Positions 39,474 through 49,206 of a stretch of 64,000 nt of DNA are shown in pieces. Source of the stretch: Candidatus Hodarchaeota archaeon (GTDB lineage Archaea; Asgardarchaeota; Lokiarchaeia; Sigyniarchaeales; SOKP01); contig JBHLKM010000004.1 in NCBI GenBank assembly GCA_048886685.1, forward strand, positions 124,342-188,341, written 5' to 3'. Position 1 is the first letter of the stretch; each line of letters starts with the position of its first letter. The notes under the pieces were generated by a model that made no database searches, was not told the origin of the DNA, and saw only the letters and a list, made by a program, of their open reading frames with translations. The position numbers and the translations under genes are program-made.

Positions 39474-40373
39474 ATGAAACCTTTAATATTAATAGTTGAA
39501 GATGACCCAAATATTTTAAAATACCTTAAAATAACATTAGAATTTAATGAGTGCCAAATTATTACAGCAGAAAATGGAAAAGAAGGATTAAAAGTTCTTT
39601 CGGAGTTAAAAAACACCCCTGATCTTATTATAAGTGATATAATGATGCCAGAAATTAATGGATATGACTTTTTTAATACAGTTTCTAATAATCCTGCTTA
39701 TTATCACGTACCGTTCATCTTTTTATCTGCTCTTGATTCTCCTGAAGATGTCCGACTAGGAAAAATGCTTGGAATTGATGATTATCTCACCAAACCCATT
39801 AATGAGGAGGACCTACTGGCAATAGTTGCTGGTAAAATTAAACGTAGTAAAACAAGCAGTTTGATTAATAAAAAAATTACGGAAATTTTTGGTTCATATG
39901 AAATTGAAAAAGAAAATATTCTTGATGAGCATAAAGATTTAATAATATTAATAGAAGTAGAATGGGATGACGTTGTAGGTCCAAAAATTGTGAATAGCTT
40001 CCCGAAAGATATCAAATTAGACTTTTCACTCAAAAAGATTGGTGAAGAGCTCTATGATGGAGTTGTAGCAATGTATGGTCAGGATAGCATATTAGATGCT
40101 GATGGTTTTTTAGTACCTAAAAAGAATATTAATATTATGGCATATGTGTTTTTTGATTCTTATCCTGATAGTTCTTATAGAGGGGGAAGAAAACAATATA
40201 TGGTTTCTCTTATTGCTACAAAGATTACATATTTCCAATCATTAAAATTAAAGCAACTATTTATAGAACAATCTTCATTATATAAAAATCAAGATAAATG
40301 GGATATTGAAGAATTTTGGAATAAGGCTTCGGATATCCTTACAAAATCATCATTAATTACCGGTTCTAATTGA
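39474..40373 (+). CDS. Response-regulator receiver fused to a uDENN/longin-like domain
   Basis: ILIVEDD, PDLIISDIMMP, FLSA and DDYLTKP form an intact REC domain; then EWDDVVGPKIVNSFP and DSSYRGG. ATG 39474 follows GAGGGAG; the track's start at 39192 overlaps the kinase. Confidence 0.9.
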   Translation: MKPLILIVEDDPNILKYLKITLEFNECQIITAENGKEGLKVLSELKNTPDLIISDIMMPEINGYDFFNTVSNNPAYYHVPFIFLSALDSPEDVRLGKMLGIDDYLTKPINEEDLLAIVAGKIKRSKTSSLINKKITEIFGSYEIEKENILDEHKDLIILIEVEWDDVVGPKIVNSFPKDIKLDFSLKKIGEELYDGVVAMYGQDSILDADGFLVPKKNINIMAYVFFDSYPDSSYRGGRKQYMVSLIATKITYFQSLKLKQLFIEQSSLYKNQDKWDIEEFWNKASDILTKSSLITGSN

Positions 40374-40415
40374 AATTTTTATTTAATAATTAAAAGTAAA
40401 GAGATGAAATAATTA

Positions 40416-40970
40416 ATGGTAAATGCTGAAAATGAAGAAAAACCAATAAAGCTTGTAATTATGGGCATGGAAAATGCTGGAAAAACCACGATATTGGATG
40501 TGCTTATGGGCAAAATTAATGAAGCACCTAATAGACCACCAAGTATGAATCCAACCAAGGGTATAGAAAGGAGTACTTTTTTGTTTTTTGAGAAAGAGAC
40601 TAAAATTTGGGATTTTGGGGGGCAAGAGTTATATCGTAATGAATATTTACTAAATCCCGAAAATTATTTTTATACAATCTCATTCTTTTATTACGTGGTG
40701 GATATTCAAGATTACTATCGTCTTGCTCCCTCAGTGATGTACTTCAAAGGCGTTTTTAATCTTATTAAAAGATACAGTCCTGATGCAAAAATTATTTTTT
40801 TATTTCACAAAATGGACCCCGATTATATTTCAGATGAGAGAAATCTAAAGGGAAAATTCCTAGAACAAGTTGAACCAGATTTAAAGTCAGCAAACACACC
40901 ATATATAATGTTTGATACAACAGTTTTTGATATCCATAGTATTAAAACTGCTTTTGCTCAAGATTCATAG
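40416..40970 (+). CDS. Stand-alone Arf/Rag-like small GTPase
   Basis: GMENAGKTT, PTKG, WDFGGQ, HKMD, TTVFD; starts 42 bp after the receiver gene. Confidence 0.9.
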   Translation: MVNAENEEKPIKLVIMGMENAGKTTILDVLMGKINEAPNRPPSMNPTKGIERSTFLFFEKETKIWDFGGQELYRNEYLLNPENYFYTISFFYYVVDIQDYYRLAPSVMYFKGVFNLIKRYSPDAKIIFLFHKMDPDYISDERNLKGKFLEQVEPDLKSANTPYIMFDTTVFDIHSIKTAFAQDS

Positions 40971-41035
40971 CTATAAATCGAGACTCAAAAAAAAATGACA
41001 AAAAATTGATAAAATTTATCTTGTTTTTTAATTAA

Positions 41036-41776
41036 CTATTCCAAGATTTTCCCATTTGGTAATATGAAATCGTATTCTGCGTAAAAACCTCCTAAGTCTT
41101 TAACTGCATTTTCGAGCACTTCATCGGAAATATCATATTGAGAACGTTGACTTTTTAGGTAATTAGCAAGTGCACCATTTTGAGTATGAACTTTTTCTAT
41201 TTTTATGGAGGTTTCTGTTAATTGTCGAAGCGCTGCCTTTGTATTATTTTCAACATCTGGGATTAGTTTCAAATTGTAAAAAGGTAGGCTTTCAAACATA
41301 TCTTTAGGATTTAAACCTGGTTCAGTGTCCATGATTTCAGCACTGATATCAAAGATTGTCGTTCCTTTCCGTGTAACTTTTCCATTTATTTCATTTTTCT
41401 TGATTTTAGATAACCTAATTTCTGCTATTTTCTTAGGAATTCCCCATATTTCTCTACCTGCGGCTAATGCTACATCATCATCCACATATATACTATAAAT
41501 GTATAACCCTGGTTTATTTTGATATGTACAACTTAGCACAAGTATAGCTTCATTATAAGGACCAATTGAAGTCTCTGGATATTCTAATATAATAACTGTG
41601 TCAAGGCTACTTTCTATAGGTTCTAGTTCCCTGGGTAAATAGGATTTTTTCTTGTTAGGTGAACACTGAAATACTAATGCAAGAGCCCGTGCATTTTTTT
41701 AATAGATTGGGGGGGGAGGATACAAACCACATTGACGTGGCATGGAATAATCCACATTTTGATTATTTTCTATCAT
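41036..41776 (-). pseudogene. Acetoacetate-decarboxylase-family gene interrupted by an in-frame TAA at codon 26
   Basis: ATG at 41776 gives MIENNQNVDYSMPRQCGLYPPPPIY*KNARAL...GPYNEAIL, in frame with the 41539 ORF (GREIWGIPKK). The stop is at 41699-41701. Confidence 0.75.
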
Positions 41777-41799
41777 TTTATAACACCTTCCTATTATTT

Positions 41800-42033
41800 T
41801 TAAAGCGGTACTACTATATGAGTTTGTGTTCTATCGACACCTTCAATTTTATGAATTTTAGCTAAAATAGTTTTAGCGATGGTCTCAACATCTTTACCCT
41901 CTACTTTTGTGATAATATCAATACCTCCTGTTACTGGATAAGTTTCTTTTATTTCCGATATTTTATTTAATTCATCGACAACGGATACAACAAAACCAGC
42001 TTTAACTTTCATTAATACGAAGCATAAAGTCAT
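41800..42033 (-). CDS. Stand-alone Lrp/AsnC ligand-binding (RAM) domain
   Basis: YPVTGGIDII...IHKIEGVDRTQTHIV. Confidence 0.9.
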   Translation of the reverse strand: MTLCFVLMKVKAGFVVSVVDELNKISEIKETYPVTGGIDIITKVEGKDVETIAKTILAKIHKIEGVDRTQTHIVVPL

Positions 42034-42109
42034 TTTTTAGTATCGCCTCTTTAAAATTATTTTTATTATTGTTAAGATTATTATTAAAATTTAAAAGTTT
42101 TACAGTTAT

Positions 42110-42796
42110 CTATGGAAGAAGCACTTGTTCAATCAAAAAATAAAAGAATACAGCACTTCCAAGATATAAAATCATTACAATATAAGCTAAGGGAATTTTA
42201 TACCAATGCTTTTTCTCTTTTACCAGTTCATAGGAATAATAAGTACTTAATCCAAGTATAATCTCAGGCACAATGATATATAATGCGATATGCCCGATCA
42301 TTACTACATTTTGAGCATACCAAGATTGAAGCATCCACATCGATTGTTCAGCTAACCCAAAGATTAATAATGACAATAATATAACAAAAATATAACTTAC
42401 TTTCCTAGAATAACGTTCTTGAAGCTGTTGAGCAATAAATAAAATTAAAAACAAAGGGATTACCCATAATCCTGCCATATATCCTGAGACTGTTCCAATT
42501 TTAAATGACCCATCTTCAGGAAAAACTAATATATCGAGTTCTGCCGATAAAACCCAATCTGGCCATATTTGAAAAAAGCTTATAAATAAAGTGAAAAACC
42601 AAATATTTAACCAATTTTTATGTTTTTGCCATATTCCTACCGATAAAATTAGAATATTATAGATAATTACTAAAATGAATAATTTAATACCAATTTCAAT
42701 CCCAAAAGGTATTAATAATACCACAATACATGAAATAATAAAAGCTAAATGCGTTAGTATAGCATCTTTTTCAATTTTAGATAAGAAATCTTTCAT
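42110..42796 (-). CDS. Polytopic membrane protein of unknown function
   Basis: About 7 TM segments; PDWVL...LVFP motif. Confidence 0.7.
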   Translation of the reverse strand: MKDFLSKIEKDAILTHLAFIISCIVVLLIPFGIEIGIKLFILVIIYNILILSVGIWQKHKNWLNIWFFTLFISFFQIWPDWVLSAELDILVFPEDGSFKIGTVSGYMAGLWVIPLFLILFIAQQLQERYSRKVSYIFVILLSLLIFGLAEQSMWMLQSWYAQNVVMIGHIALYIIVPEIILGLSTYYSYELVKEKKHWYKIPLAYIVMILYLGSAVFFYFLIEQVLLP

Positions 42797-42892
42797 TATT
42801 TTCTAAACTTTCTCTAATATCTTATTTTAAATTTTATAAAAAAATTAATTGTAATTATTAACTTTAATTAATACAGAGAAATTTTTAATCAT

Positions 42893-43663
42893 ATGATAAC
42901 TATGCAGGAAGAAATTAAAGATATGGCTAAGGATTTCATTGAAGAATATAAGAAAATAAATAAAATTAAAACTAAATGGAAAGAAACAATTGTAGCTTTT
43001 GCTAATGCTAAAGATCCAATTTTTCTGCAATTAAAACAAGCAGTAAATGAAGATCATAAGCTACCCCATGAATTACTTAAAAATGCTAATAGTATAATTA
43101 CTTTTTTTGTATCCTTTAATAAAGAAGTTGTACTTAGCAATTCTAATGGTATTAATGCTTCAAAAGAATGGGCAATTGCGTACATCGAAACTAATAAATT
43201 AGTGTCAGATTTATCAAGATTTTTAGCTAACTCTTTAAATGAAAAAAATTATGATTGTTTTGAAGTTCCACCAATCCTTGATTTTGATAAAAAAAAATTG
43301 ATGTGTTATTGGTCTCATAAACATGTTGCTTATATTGCGGGATTAGGAAAATTCGGCCTGCATAAACTATTGATAACTGAAAAAGGATGTTGTGGGAGAT
43401 TAGGGAGTTTAATAACCTCAGCTAAAATTGAGGCTACAAAAAGAAGTGAAGAAAATTATTGTCTCTATTTTCAGAATGGAAGTTGTACACATTGTATTGA
43501 TAAGTGTATATTTGGCGTGTTCAATAATGATTTTTTTGATCGGCATAAATGTTATGAGATTTGTTTAAAAAATGGTAAGTTTTATTCAAAATTGGGTCCT
43601 TCAGATATGTGTGGAAAATGTGCTTGCGGAGTTCCCTGTTCATTAACAAATCCTTGTAAATAG
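42893..43663 (+). CDS. Epoxyqueuosine-reductase (QueG)-like Fe-S protein
   Basis: WSHKHVAYIAGLGKFG; C...CTHCIDKC; C...CGKCACGVPC. Confidence 0.85.
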   Translation: MITMQEEIKDMAKDFIEEYKKINKIKTKWKETIVAFANAKDPIFLQLKQAVNEDHKLPHELLKNANSIITFFVSFNKEVVLSNSNGINASKEWAIAYIETNKLVSDLSRFLANSLNEKNYDCFEVPPILDFDKKKLMCYWSHKHVAYIAGLGKFGLHKLLITEKGCCGRLGSLITSAKIEATKRSEENYCLYFQNGSCTHCIDKCIFGVFNNDFFDRHKCYEICLKNGKFYSKLGPSDMCGKCACGVPCSLTNPCK

Positions 43664-43743
43664 ATTGATATTTACTTTCTATTAAGTAGAATAGTGATTA
43701 AAATCAATAATTTAATATAAAAAAAAAGAAGTATAAAAAAAAA

Positions 43744-45159
43744 TTATTTTAATTCAGGGTGTTTTTCTAATTCTTCTCTCACTTTTTCGAGTTTTTCTCC
43801 ATGTAAATCGTAAGATCTGAAGAATAGGATTGATCCAATAAGTGCTATTGAAGGAAATAGAAATATTAACGCTTTTATGCCAAGTTCTATTAAAACACGA
43901 TTAGTAGTAATGAGAGAATATTCACTCCAACCTGTTCCTGAGAATACAATATAAATCGAAGTAATACCTAGAATCATTGAAAAACGATGAACAAACGCAT
44001 TAACACCATAATAACTAGCAGCTCGTTTTATACCAAAATTAAGTGCGTCCTGATCGATTATGTCTCCATGAATTATATCAATAAAAAACAGTGCAGCTGA
44101 CAGACCATAGCCTATAGTAATAAAAATTATCATTGACATTAATCTACTTATATTATTATCTGAAAGAAAAACTAAAGGAAATAAGGTGATAATCCATATT
44201 CCCATTCCTAACATAAGTCCCTTCCGTGTACCTATCTTCTTTCTTATCCAAGATTGAAGTGGCATAAAAGCAGCGGCAGATAATAGGGCTAACATTAAAG
44301 TTATTCCTATTAATAAAGATTCATCTTTACCTCTTCCAAGTATTTCGACTGAAAATAGAGGAAAGACGGTTAACAAAACATTAAAACAATACCATATAAG
44401 CATGTTACCTAAAGTGAATTTTATAAAGGTCTTATTGGAAAATGTTATTTTAATTGATTCAAAAAATCCAGGTCTTCTTTGAAAATCAGATGCATGTTCT
44501 TCTTTTTCCTTGACTGCAAAGAAAATGAATAATATTGCCATTATTAATACTATAAAAGCTAAAATTATACCTGAAATAACATAATTTGGATGTATTTCCT
44601 TTGCTTCTACAGCATCTGGTATTGCATCTTCAGTATTAGGTACTAAAGGATCAATGATGAAAGTTGGAATTATTGATGCTACTATTACAGCAATCATTGT
44701 AAAAATTTTTACAAACACATTAACCTCCCCTCTTTCTTTTTCTGTAGGAAACATTTCGGGGAATACTGCATTTGTATTTACTGAAAACATGGTATAAAAT
44801 AATTCAAAGATAAAGATTATGAAAATAAAATACCAAAACTTAAAGCTGGAGGGCGTTGTAAAAAGAAAAATCATCATTAATGATAAAGGAATAAACGAAA
44901 TTATTAAATAAAATTTCCGTTTTCCTAATTTTCCCTTATGCTTAGTTTTCTCGCTTAATGCCCCTAATAGAGGGTCATTGAACATGTTCCAAATGCCCCA
45001 TAAAACGAAACCAATCCACATTTCAAGCATTGTAAGGCGTACAATCGCAAAATAAAAAGTAAAAACATAGATGGTAAATGCTTGATAAGTTAATTGATCC
45101 GGGAAAGCACTTGTACCGAATAATATTCTTTCTTTTAATGGTATTTTTTGTTCACTCAT
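43744..45159 (-). CDS. MFS transporter, GPH (MelB-like) family
   Basis: 12 TM; WNMFNDPLLGALSEKT...GKRK. Confidence 0.9.
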   Translation of the reverse strand: MSEQKIPLKERILFGTSAFPDQLTYQAFTIYVFTFYFAIVRLTMLEMWIGFVLWGIWNMFNDPLLGALSEKTKHKGKLGKRKFYLIISFIPLSLMMIFLFTTPSSFKFWYFIFIIFIFELFYTMFSVNTNAVFPEMFPTEKERGEVNVFVKIFTMIAVIVASIIPTFIIDPLVPNTEDAIPDAVEAKEIHPNYVISGIILAFIVLIMAILFIFFAVKEKEEHASDFQRRPGFFESIKITFSNKTFIKFTLGNMLIWYCFNVLLTVFPLFSVEILGRGKDESLLIGITLMLALLSAAAFMPLQSWIRKKIGTRKGLMLGMGIWIITLFPLVFLSDNNISRLMSMIIFITIGYGLSAALFFIDIIHGDIIDQDALNFGIKRAASYYGVNAFVHRFSMILGITSIYIVFSGTGWSEYSLITTNRVLIELGIKALIFLFPSIALIGSILFFRSYDLHGEKLEKVREELEKHPELK

Positions 45160-45351
45160 AAAACATACTCTGTTGTAATTAAATTAACCTTAAAGTTTAG
45201 ATATATGTATTTAGATTTTGATCGTTTTAAAACTATATCATTGATAATTTTGAACAATATTAGTCTTAATAATATTCATTTAATTTGAATCATATTCTAT
45301 CTATAGAAAAAATTCTATTTTAATTACAAAAATTGAAGAGTTTGATATAAG

Positions 45352-45936
45352 ATGACTGATTTAAATATAGAGGTAACATATTTTGAAAGGGGAGGTCCTC
45401 ATAATACAAAAAAGGCTTTAGAAATTGCAAAAAAATATGCCGATCAATTTGCTATTAGGGATATTATTATGGCTAGCACGACTGGAACTACTGCAGAGAA
45501 ATCGCTTGATGTTTTTGACCCTAATGAATATAATTTGGTGGTTATAACCCATTCTTATTATTTTGCTGGTGTAAATAATAGGCAAGAATTCCCTAAAGAA
45601 AAAATGGATGATCTAAAAAATAAGGGGTTGAAATTCTTTGTAGGTACTCATGCTTTTGCTGGTCCAGAAAGGAGTATGAGAATTTCATTAAAGCAATGGG
45701 GTCCTGTTGAATTAATGGCTAAATATTTGCGAACAAACTTTAGTCAAGGTATGAAAGTTTGTATGGAAATTGCTATTATGGCTGTTGATGCAGGATTAAT
45801 AGAAGATATTGAAAGAGACATTATTTGTATAGGAGGAACTGGGCGAGGAGCAGATACAGTATGCGTTATTAAACCCGTACCTACTAGTTTATTTGATAAA
45901 TTACGAGTTAAAATGATACTCTGTAAACCATTATAA
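45352..45936 (+). CDS. Pyruvate-kinase C-terminal-like alpha/beta domain protein (archaeal conserved family)
   Basis: YFERGGPHNT, ASTTGTTA, GMKVCMEIAIMAVDAG, GGTGRGADT. Confidence 0.85.
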   Translation: MTDLNIEVTYFERGGPHNTKKALEIAKKYADQFAIRDIIMASTTGTTAEKSLDVFDPNEYNLVVITHSYYFAGVNNRQEFPKEKMDDLKNKGLKFFVGTHAFAGPERSMRISLKQWGPVELMAKYLRTNFSQGMKVCMEIAIMAVDAGLIEDIERDIICIGGTGRGADTVCVIKPVPTSLFDKLRVKMILCKPL

Positions 45937-45993
45937 TACTGTATTGTATTCAATCACTAAAAATAAAAGTAAGAAATGAAATAATAAAGAAAT

Positions 45994-47181
45994 TTAGATT
46001 ATTTTTAATTTTTTTCCAACTTTTTCTATCGCCCCTAATGCCTTATCCAAGTCTTCTTTTGTTAACAACGCATTCATCTGAACTCGAATTCTAGAAAGCT
46101 CTCTCGCGACCATAGGAAATACTATAGGGGTACCATAAATATTTTCCTCTTCAAATAGTATTCTAGCTAGTTCTTGGGCTTTACCGGGATCACCAATTAT
46201 TAAAGGAATGATAGGTGTATCTGAATTACCCGTATTATACCCCATATTTTGTACTTCTTTTTTAAAGTAATTTGTATTATCCCAGACTCTTTGTACGTGC
46301 TGTGGTTCACTTTCTACCACTTCAATTGATGCTATATTAGCAGCGACCACTCCTGGTGGATGTGCTGTACTAAGGAGATAGGTTCTACTTTTATTCGCAC
46401 AAAACTCAATTAAATCTTTTGAACCGGCTACTGTTCCCCCAAAAACCCCAAAACCTTTGCTCATTGATCCTCCTTCTACATGTACTTTTCCCTGTAGATT
46501 AAAATGAGCTACAATTCCTCTTCCTTCTCCTAAAACACCTTCACCATGACAGTCATCAACAAAGATCATAGCTCCAAAATCTTCTGCTACTTTTGCTATT
46601 CCTGGTAATGGTGCCACATCACCGTCCATTGAAAAGACACCATCCGTTATTATACATATTCGCCTTGCTCCTTCTTTTTCTGCTTCTTTAAGTTGCCTTT
46701 CTAAATCCCCAACATCATTATGTTTATAAATAATTCTTTTTGCTCCAGATAAACGTACACCATCGATAATAGATCCATGATTTAATTCATCCGACACTAC
46801 AATATCAGGTTTTCCTACTAACATAGGGATTAATCCTGAATTGACTGCAAATCCAGTTTGACATAAAAGAGAGGCTTCCACTTCTTTAAATTTGGCAAAT
46901 TTCTTTTGGAATTCCTTAGTTAAATCAAAACTACCTGCAATAACTGGAACCGCGCCAGCACCAGCGCCATATTTCTTCGTAGCATCTATAGTAGCTTGAA
47001 TAATTTTGGGATGTGTCGCAAGACCAAGATAATTATTGGTATTTAACATTAGCACTTCTTTACCATCAACAACAGAATGTGGTTTAGAACCTTCTTCTAA
47101 GTATCTAATTATCCACTCTAAGTTATTTTTCCTTAATTCAATCATGTCTTCCTTAAGGAAGGCAACAGGATCTCTTTTCAT
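45994..47181 (-). CDS. kbl: Glycine C-acetyltransferase (2-amino-3-ketobutyrate CoA ligase)
   Basis: NNYLGLA, SDELNHGSIIDG, DGVFSMDGD, DDCHG, SMSKGFG; divergent from tdh. Confidence 0.9.
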   Translation of the reverse strand: MKRDPVAFLKEDMIELRKNNLEWIIRYLEEGSKPHSVVDGKEVLMLNTNNYLGLATHPKIIQATIDATKKYGAGAGAVPVIAGSFDLTKEFQKKFAKFKEVEASLLCQTGFAVNSGLIPMLVGKPDIVVSDELNHGSIIDGVRLSGAKRIIYKHNDVGDLERQLKEAEKEGARRICIITDGVFSMDGDVAPLPGIAKVAEDFGAMIFVDDCHGEGVLGEGRGIVAHFNLQGKVHVEGGSMSKGFGVFGGTVAGSKDLIEFCANKSRTYLLSTAHPPGVVAANIASIEVVESEPQHVQRVWDNTNYFKKEVQNMGYNTGNSDTPIIPLIIGDPGKAQELARILFEEENIYGTPIVFPMVARELSRIRVQMNALLTKEDLDKALGAIEKVGKKLKII

Positions 47182-47365
47182 TATATCACCATATTTGATT
47201 TTAAAACAAGTGAGTGAAATTATAAGTTATTGGTATTCTGAAAACTATATTAGTTTTTCTCATTATAAGGAGAGGGTAAAAAGTGGGAAAATAATGAATA
47301 AACCTTTTTTTATGGAGTAAATTATGAATTATACTATCAACTTAATATGTTAAAATCTGATAAAA

Positions 47366-48310
47366 ATGAGACGAATCCTTGTTATTGGGGCAGCGGGACA
47401 AATAGGGAGTGAGTTAGTACCTTTTCTTAGGAAAAAATATGGAAATGATAATGTTATTGCAACGGGAAGAAAAACTCCCCTTCCAGATGTTATCAAAAAA
47501 ACAGGTCCCGTTATATATTTAGATACTTTAAAGAGAGAAAGATTATCAGAAATTTTATATGAATATGAAATCAATACTATTTTTCACATGGCATCAGTTC
47601 TATCAGCCACAGGGGAAAAGATACCTCAAACCGCATGGGATATTAATATTAATGGATTAATTAACGTCCTAGAAGAAGGGAGAAGTTATAATATTGATAA
47701 AATTATCTGGCCAAGTTCTATAGCTGCATTTGGGCCTACAACTCCAAGAGAAAACACACCAAATATTACTGTGCTTCAACCAACTACAATGTATGGAATT
47801 ACAAAAGTAGCTGGGGAGTTATTAGCTGAATATTATTATAAAAAGTATAACTTAGACGTTAGATCAATTAGATTGCCTGGAATTATAAGTAGTGAAACTT
47901 TACCCGGAGGTGGGACTACAGATTACGCTGTAGAAATCTTTTATGAAGCTATTAAGAATAAGAAGTATACCTGCTTTTTAAGAGAAGATACAGTTTTACC
48001 CATGATGTACCAACCTGACTGTTTAAAATGCATGGTTGATTTATTAGAAGCAGACAATTCTAAATTAAAAAGACGAGTTTATAATATAACTGGTATGAGC
48101 TTCTCTGCTGGCGAAATCGCAGCGGAGATTAAGATATATATTCCAGATTTTGAAATTGATTATAAACCAGATTTCAGACAAGAAATTGCAGATTCTTGGC
48201 CTAAAACGATTGATGACTCTCTGGCTCGTGAAGAATGGGGATGGAATCCTTCATACGACTTATCATCTATGACTAAAGATATGATCGAAATACTTAGTAA
48301 AAAATTATAA
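47366..48310 (+). CDS. tdh: L-threonine 3-dehydrogenase (SDR/epimerase type)
   Basis: GAAGQIG, LSATGE, PTTMYGITK, PGGGTTDY, IADSWP. Confidence 0.92.
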   Translation: MRRILVIGAAGQIGSELVPFLRKKYGNDNVIATGRKTPLPDVIKKTGPVIYLDTLKRERLSEILYEYEINTIFHMASVLSATGEKIPQTAWDININGLINVLEEGRSYNIDKIIWPSSIAAFGPTTPRENTPNITVLQPTTMYGITKVAGELLAEYYYKKYNLDVRSIRLPGIISSETLPGGGTTDYAVEIFYEAIKNKKYTCFLREDTVLPMMYQPDCLKCMVDLLEADNSKLKRRVYNITGMSFSAGEIAAEIKIYIPDFEIDYKPDFRQEIADSWPKTIDDSLAREEWGWNPSYDLSSMTKDMIEILSKKL

Positions 48311-48345
48311 AAATAAACTATGATCTAATTTCTTAAAATTAAAAT

Positions 48346-49206
48346 TTATGAAAAGAATTTAGTCCGTAATTCATTGTGAAAAGCAACCCCTTTTTCTGGA
48401 AGAGAGGGGTATTTTTTCCTGTTAATGAGTCTTCTGGTCGCTCTCAATCCAATTGAATTGGATGGATTGAATCTTCTCATGAATTTTAATTCTTCTGCGG
48501 TGGGAGGTTTTGTTTCCGATAAATTTGGTGATATTTTTAACTCCCATGGAATATCTTTTTTAATTTCATCAACTGTAATGCTTGGGTGATTATAAGCAAG
48601 AAACATTTCTTTACTCGCAGGATCAAACTTAAAAATACCCTTTCTACTAATGAGAGAACACGGACCACTTCCTTTCAAAAAATGCCTTGAATTATCTCTG
48701 CTATCACTCCCATCTAAATATCCTGGAGAAGTTAAATAATCAAGCTTTTCCACAAATTGACCCCTATTCAAGGTTAGTATCGTCCGTTTGGCATAAGAAA
48801 TAAAATCTGAGGCACCCCCTGAACCTGGAAGCCGTCTTTCAAAATTATCATAATCTCCTATTACTGTTGAATTTACATTTCCAAATTTATCAACCTGCCC
48901 AACACCTAGGAAGCAAGAATCCACAAAACCACGATAGGTATGCGTCGTGAAAATAGAAAACATATCTGTTGAATAAGAAAATCCTCTACAAGCTTCTACG
49001 TCTGCTATACCAATTAAAGGAATTAATGGATCAAATCCTATCATACCAGATTCTGTAATCAAAATCGCATTTTTAGCATGCAAACCCTTTGCTAATGCAC
49101 ATGCGGTCACAGGAATACCTGCACCAATAACAACATTCTCATAATCACGGATTTCTCGGGCAATTGCAATATTTAATAATTCATCAATTGAATAGCGATT
49201 ATTCAT
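48346..49206 (-). CDS. Family I CoA-transferase beta subunit (glutaconate CoA-transferase-like)
   Basis: GAGIP, ITESG (catalytic Glu), QVDKFGNVNST, LPGSGG. ATG 49206 overlaps the alpha-subunit stop. Confidence 0.88.
   Translation of the reverse strand: MNNRYSIDELLNIAIAREIRDYENVVIGAGIPVTACALAKGLHAKNAILITESGMIGFDPLIPLIGIADVEACRGFSYSTDMFSIFTTHTYRGFVDSCFLGVGQVDKFGNVNSTVIGDYDNFERRLPGSGGASDFISYAKRTILTLNRGQFVEKLDYLTSPGYLDGSDSRDNSRHFLKGSGPCSLISRKGIFKFDPASKEMFLAYNHPSITVDEIKKDIPWELKISPNLSETKPPTAEELKFMRRFNPSNSIGLRATRRLINRKKYPSLPEKGVAFHNELRTKFFS

Noticed and set aside
41699-41701. Stop-codon reassignment or Sec/Pyl readthrough
   Set aside because: The codon is TAA, which terminates most genes in this window. 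Sec and Pyl use TGA and TAG.
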